From: Vitrella brassicaformis CCMP3155
Lineage: Eukaryota; Protista; Chromerida
Reading direction: 5' to 3'
DNA: 64,000 nt
NCBI GenBank assembly: GCA_001179505.1
Contig: CDMY01000293.1
Span: 1-64,000 of the forward strand
In this document: positions 58,675 to 64,000 of the stretch, one piece after another
How the letters are laid out: each line of letters starts with the position of its first letter
How positions within the stretch are numbered: the stretch's first letter is position 1
Program-made: the position numbers and the translations under genes
The notes under the pieces: generated by a model
Databases searched by the model: none
Told to the model about the DNA's origin: nothing
The model's input: only the letters and a program-made list of their open reading frames with translations

Positions 58675-58909
58675 GTCCCATGTCTTTCACGCACAGTCAA
58701 ACGACGACACGCAACAGGAATCACCCACGCACGCTCCACATGCACAGAGGAACCCAAGGAACACATTCACGAGGCCTCCAGACCGAAACCCACGGCCGTC
58801 CGCTGAATACGAGTCGTTTGCTGGGGCCCTGCGAGCTGCAAAACGATCGTTCGTAGAAGAAAAAATCGTTCGTAAGCGGAGCAGTCCCTGTTGGAACAGC
58901 ATCGCGCCA

Positions 58910-59965
58910 ATGGAGGGCTTTCAGCCCTTCAACTTTTGGAAGTTTCTGGAGAAACACAGAGACCAGCTCAAACCGCCCGTTGGTCAGCGAGAACAAGCCG
59001 CAGGCAGATCCCCCAGTGCTTTCTGTTGTTTTGTGTGTGCAGGCAACAAGATGATCTACAATGAGGGGGAGTTCAAAGTCATGGTCGTCGGAGGTCAGCA
59101 CACAAACGAGGCTTTCCGCAGTAGATGGAAGCGGCGAGCGTACCTCTGTATCTCTGTGTGTGTTTCTGTGTGTGTCAGGTCCCAACACGCGTACGGATTA
59201 TCACTGGGAGGTGGGTCCGGAGTGGTTTTTCCAGCTGCAGGGCGACATGTGCCTCAAGGTGGCACGCGACGACCCCACCACCGGCGAGATGCGCTTCGAG
59301 GATGTGCACATTCGCGAGGGCGACATGTACATGCTGCCGCCCAGAGTCTACCACTCGCCTCAGGTGGCTGGCTGGCTGGACGGACAGAGGGAGGGACGGG
59401 GGAAGGAAGCAGACAGAGCAGCCATCGAGCGTGCTCAATGGTTTGTGTGTGTGTGTGTGTGTGTCAGCGCTCCGAGGGGTCGGTTGGGCTGGTCATCGAG
59501 AGAGATCGAAGGCCCGATGAGGTAGCCAACCACACGAACGGACACAAGAAAGGCCTCCTCACGAACGTCGCAAGTCAATCAATCGATGGGCCATGTGTGT
59601 GTATGTTTGTGGAAATGATGCCTGCGTGTGGTGTCAGGAGCATGACCGCCTGACGTGGTTTTGCGAGCTGTGCAAAGCCCTCATCTACCAAGACACATTC
59701 CACTGCACCGACCTGGGTACCTAGCTGCGCGAAACACAGGAAGAGAACAGACCCCCCTCAATGCAGTCACCGGTCTGTTCGTGTGTCTCCCCTGGCCCCA
59801 CTTGACTGCACACATACACACATACATGCAGGTAAGCAGCTGAAGCCGGTGATCGAGGCCTACTACGGACCTGACGCGGGCCGCAGGACGTGCAAGAAGT
59901 GTGGGTGGGTGGAACAGGTGCCTGAGAAGTTCGTGCAGGCCAGGGAACGGGCTAACGGGGTGTGA
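58910..59965 (+). CDS. HAAO: 3-hydroxyanthranilate 3,4-dioxygenase (kynurenine pathway)
   Basis: [91 protein letters not shown]...CKKC. Catalytic Fe ligands His/Glu/His and four rubredoxin-like Cys are present. Confidence 0.96.
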
Positions 59966-60557
59966 TGTGATGTGATGGTATGGGATGGGGTGGAGTGGGA
60001 TGGGATGGGATGTATGAGTCGTGTTGTGATGCAGATGAACTGTTTCGAGACGGTTTCCCATTTAGTCTTCTGTTTGAGTGTGATGTGATGTTGGCCGTGG
60101 TGTTGGCCTTGGTTATGCACATGTGGGACTGGTCCAGTCAGTGGTTGATGTATTCTGTGTATGGATGAATGAATGAAAGACCGTCCACAACCCCACGACG
60201 CATGCAGAAAATGCAGAAATCCATCTGCCTCTGCCCCCAATGTGTGTCTGCGTGTGTCTCAACAAATGAATCTAGGTCCCCTTTGCCCGCTCCCAGAGCT
60301 GCCGCCACGTCTGTCTGTCTGCTCAGTCGCACATGATCAGTCAGACGTGGGTCGCGTCAGGTCGAGGAGCGACAGACAAACAGACAGACAGACATGTGAC
60401 GTGATGTCATGGGTGGTCAGAAACCCATACACGCATGAATCCATTCATACTGACAGTGGCGTGAGAAGGCAACTGGATCAACCGATTTGACTTCCCAGCC
60501 GAGCCAGTCGATATGATCTGTGACAGGTGAACGCCATGCGGTGCCCCCCCCCCCCTC

Positions 60558-60857
60558 NNNNNNNNNNNNNNNNNNNNNNNNNNNNNNNNNNNNNNNNNNN
60601 NNNNNNNNNNNNNNNNNNNNNNNNNNNNNNNNNNNNNNNNNNNNNNNNNNNNNNNNNNNNNNNNNNNNNNNNNNNNNNNNNNNNNNNNNNNNNNNNNNNN
60701 NNNNNNNNNNNNNNNNNNNNNNNNNNNNNNNNNNNNNNNNNNNNNNNNNNNNNNNNNNNNNNNNNNNNNNNNNNNNNNNNNNNNNNNNNNNNNNNNNNNN
60801 NNNNNNNNNNNNNNNNNNNNNNNNNNNNNNNNNNNNNNNNNNNNNNNNNNNNNNNNN
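60558..60857. other. Assembly gap (300 N) flanked by poly-C runs
   Basis: Run of n from 60558 to 60857. Confidence 1.
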
Positions 60858-62219
60858 CCCCCCCCTCTTGTCTGTGCGTTGGTGTGCCAATTGCCACGCC
60901 TTGCTCCCTCCCTCCCTCCCCGCCAGATAATGAATACACCGTACACACACAGCCGGTCGGCGGATAAAGCAAGACAGTCGGCGGGTCAGGCAGTCTGTGT
61001 TTTGTGCGGTGCCATCCGTCGCTGGCTCTGGAGCGACCGGCCTGGCGTTGCGTGGCAGACATACAGACAGCCCCATGTGCACACACACATCGATACACAC
61101 ATACATAGAATGCATACAGACACTCGCATGGATACATCAGAGGGGATGGTCAATGTCCACACATTCACACATTCAAGGCGGGAAAACACACGACACCGCG
61201 TCACAAAACAAGACAGCACCCCCTCACGCAGCCACACACATGAATGCACGCACGTCACTCTTATGCACACCGCACCACATACACAACACAGCACGCGAGA
61301 GAGAGAGAGAGAGATGGAGGAAGGATGGGACGACGCAAGGAGTGGGAGGGAGAGAGGGAGGGATCAAGCAAACACCACACGCCCACGGGAGACTGCGCAG
61401 CGCTCACCAATCAACCAAGGCAGGCAGGTAGGCAGCAAGGGAAAAACATCCATCCATCCATCCATCCATGGGTGCCGCGCCTCAAGAGAGTGTCGAGTTC
61501 GCCGTTGCCAGGATGCACGCGACACAGACAGACAGGCAGGCAATCAGTTAGAAAGTCACTTCGCACACAGGCAGACCATGATATAATCGTTCTCATGTTC
61601 ATTGTCGGGTCGAAGAAACTTACACGCAACGAGAGATGCACGCACACATCGGTCGATGTTACGCCATTCATCCATCCAGTCAGTCATCCGGACGGTCAGG
61701 TCTTGCTTGTAAGTCAAAACGGGCTTGTTTATTTCTTTCGTTGTATGTTTCCTTTCTTGTTTGGATGGCTCTCTTGAGGACGATGACTGCCCACCAAACA
61801 CCCCACCGAACCCATCGAGGGCGAAATAGCGCTTAGAAAACGGACCGTCCTACACACATCACATCATGACGCACACAGACAGGGGCATGCACATGCACAC
61901 GCACCACTCCGACAAAAGGAAGACAGGAACGCGAGAAACAAAACAAACGGTCAGCCAGCCATTGTCAGTCACCAACACACACACACCATCTACGCACGCA
62001 CGCACAAAACCTCATTCATGATCACTGTGTCCCTCTCTCTGTCTCTGTCATTGTGGTGCCGATATATGAAATGCGGGCGTGTGGACGCCCCCCGAGACAC
62101 GACAGACACGGAACATGTGCACGAACGAACACAGACAGATAGCTACGTCGCCCGCTGCGGGCGAGAAAATGAGTGAGTCACCACACCCAGATGGTGGTGC
62201 GACGACTGACCGCTCCGGT

Positions 62220-64000
62220 CTAGAGGGTGACGATATCGCCCGCCAGCCGTCTGTAGTGGTCCGCCTTCCAGTCCGCATACCTAACACACACACATCCATC
62301 CATCCATGGTACAGAGGAGACATCATGTGAGTGTACAGCGTCCTGTGGATGGTCCGTCCGTCCACCCATACATACACACATACCCGGGGATGGTGTCGCA
62401 TATTCTCTTCCAGTTGGGGTTGGCTGCCTTGTTCAGTCGTGGGTTGCTGGAGCCGTCCTTGTTGATCACACCGCCCACTGGCGTCCAGCCCGACCCATAG
62501 GGCTCCTGGTGGTACACCTGACACAAACATTCACACATACAGAGAGAGAGAGAGAGGACGTCGACGTTTTCGTTCATTTCATGGTTGAGTGGTTGTTGTC
62601 TGACCTCGGTGCCTCCGAGTACGACGGGGATGCATCCGCCCTTGACGATCATCTCCCACGCGAAGTGGATGTCGTCATAGCCCCACCAACCGTCGTACAC
62701 CTCGTCGTAACCCCCTATCAACTCCCACACACGCTGTATCATACCCATGCACACACACAACAACGCAAGAGAAGACAAGACATGCAAACGACCCTCTCTC
62801 TCTCCATATCTCTCCCTCCGCCCGTTGTGTACCTACCCTTGGGAAGGCCGTATGCATGCCGTAGAAGTAGGCCCACGGGTGGACCCCCTCGCGCACGTTG
62901 TCGAGGACCTTGCCGTGGCTGAACCGGTTGTCGCGCGGCTTGAAGTAGTTGGCCTTGGAGAGTATCCGGGGGAACGTCCCGCACACACTGAAGTCCTTCA
63001 TCACGTGCTCGTCCGTCCAGTCCTCCGTCGCGACGAACCACCGCTCCGCCGTGACGAGATACGGCGTCGAGGGATCTCGGGAGCTGAAAGACACACACGA
63101 AACGATAAGCACAGCGATAGAGATGGATGTGTGAACGTGCGTGGGTGGGTGTGAGCGCGGGTACCTGAGGAACTGGTAGAGGTTTTCGAGGAAGTTTTCG
63201 TTGAGGATGACGTCGGAGTCCATGCCGACGATGAAGTCGTACTTGGCCTGCTTGATGCCCATGTTGCGCCCAGAGGGGACTGAAAAGGTGTTCTCCAACT
63301 TCCGACGCTGGGCGATGTGATAGATAGATGCCACACAACACACAGAGAGAACAGAGGAGAGGATCATCCATCTATCCATCCATCCATCTATCCATCCATG
63401 TCTGCCTGCCTGCAGTATCTATCATTTATTGCCGGACTGACCTGTATGAAGGTGAGGTCGAGTTTCTCTCTGTATTTCCTGTAGATGGCGTCGACGTCGT
63501 CGGTCGAGTTGTTGTCGAGGATAATGACCTCGAACTTGAAGTCGCTCTTGATCCGCTGCTTGCACAGACCCGCCAACGTCTTCTTGACGATCTCCTCCTA
63601 CCACACAAGACAACACAACACACGTCTCACTGGCTGGCTGTGCGTGCCTTGGGTGGTGGGTGGTGCTGTGGTGCGGCACTCACCTGGTTGAACATCGGGA
63701 AGACGCAGCTGAAGTTGATGCCAGTTGGGTACAGGTTGGTGGGCAGCTCCCTCGGGCGACCCGTGATCATCGCACACGCCTTGGACCACTCACCCCACCC
63801 ACTCAGACGGGGCTTGCCCTGGTCACACGACCCTCAAAACAAATGAATACATGTACGTACAAGTTCAGGGATGTCCTGCCTACCGTGACGTGTTGGTTGT
63901 AGGGTTTGTCGAAGAGCATGTGCTTCCACTCGGGAGTCATGGCGCCCTCGTCCGCCGTGGGCTTGTCGTCTATCAACACATCGCCTGCCACACATCACAG
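62220..64000 (-). CDS. Fusion of a 5'(3')-deoxyribonucleotidase-like HAD domain (NT5C family) with a family-2 glycosyltransferase (5' part lies beyond the window)
   Basis: Exon 63884-63984 GDVLIDDKPTADEGAMTPEWKHMLFDKPYNQHVT splices in phase 0 to exon 63684-63818 GKPRLSGWGEWSKACAMITGRPRELPTNLYPTGINFSCVFPMFNQ. Then come EEIVKKTLAGLCKQ..FEVIILDNNSTD, GRNMGIKQAKYDFIVGMDSDVIL (DxD) and ELIGGYDEVYDGWWGYDDIHF, ending AGDIVTL* at 62220. Confidence 0.85.

Larger units (their letters stand above)
1140..63400. repeat. Dispersed intronic/intergenic microsatellites: (CA)n/(GT)n, (GTCT)n, (CATC)n, (GTGA)n, (GTAT)n
   Basis: Abundant short tracts throughout, e.g. (GTGA)n at about 10428-10452 and (CT)n(GT)n at about 19418-19458. 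They cause most of the spurious CVCV/HTHT ORFs in the six-frame track. Confidence 0.9.

Noticed and set aside
26558-59965. Kynurenine-pathway gene cluster (hydrolase plus HAAO)
   Set aside because: The genes are about 31 kb apart with many unrelated genes between them, and the formamidase assignment is unproven.
60407-61137. Long ORFs spanning 60.4-61.1 kb
   Set aside because: They are open only because they run through the 300-N gap; the flanks are microsatellite-rich non-coding DNA.
240-63900. Hundreds of 60-300 aa six-frame ORFs rich in CVCV, HTHT, SIHP or DGWM
   Set aside because: They are translations of intronic microsatellites or antisense frames of real exons in GC-rich DNA, often from GTG/TTG starts, and are not independent genes.

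Overview
Intron-rich, GC-rich eukaryotic genomic DNA. Short GT-AG introns are packed with (CA)n, (GTCT)n and (CATC)n microsatellites, and genes are compact, often in head-to-head pairs. Intron style and gene content suggest a free-living alveolate such as the chromerid Vitrella brassicaformis (inference). About 19 genes were reconstructed by hand-splicing. In order: a possible carbonic anhydrase first exon, mitochondrial SHMT, SPT5, a bacterial-type flavin monooxygenase, a giant polycystin-2-like channel, an MFS transporter, an alpha/beta hydrolase, a 2xRRM protein, a coiled-coil protein, an ALADIN-like WD40 protein, an ion-channel/adenylyl cyclase fusion, a TKL-type kinase, a membrane protein with a bipartite leader, a PARG-like protein, a small secreted 6-Cys peptide, an AIM24-like protein, BRX1, intronless AK6, an unknown protein, HAAO, and a gene running off the right edge that fuses a 5'(3')-deoxyribonucleotidase (NT5C/HAD) domain to a GT2 glycosyltransferase. 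There is one 300-N assembly gap. No rRNA, tRNA or CRISPR array was recognised. The most notable observations are the NT5C-GT2 fusion, the PKD2-like channel with ShKT-like, EF-hand and LamG modules in its first extracellular loop, a PARG with a degenerate catalytic motif (QEE to SDE), an in-frame TGA at the conserved Trp of the otherwise intact FMO, and the unannotated Cys-rich secreted peptide. All exon structures are manual predictions without RNA data. Gene coordinates span start to stop, introns included.
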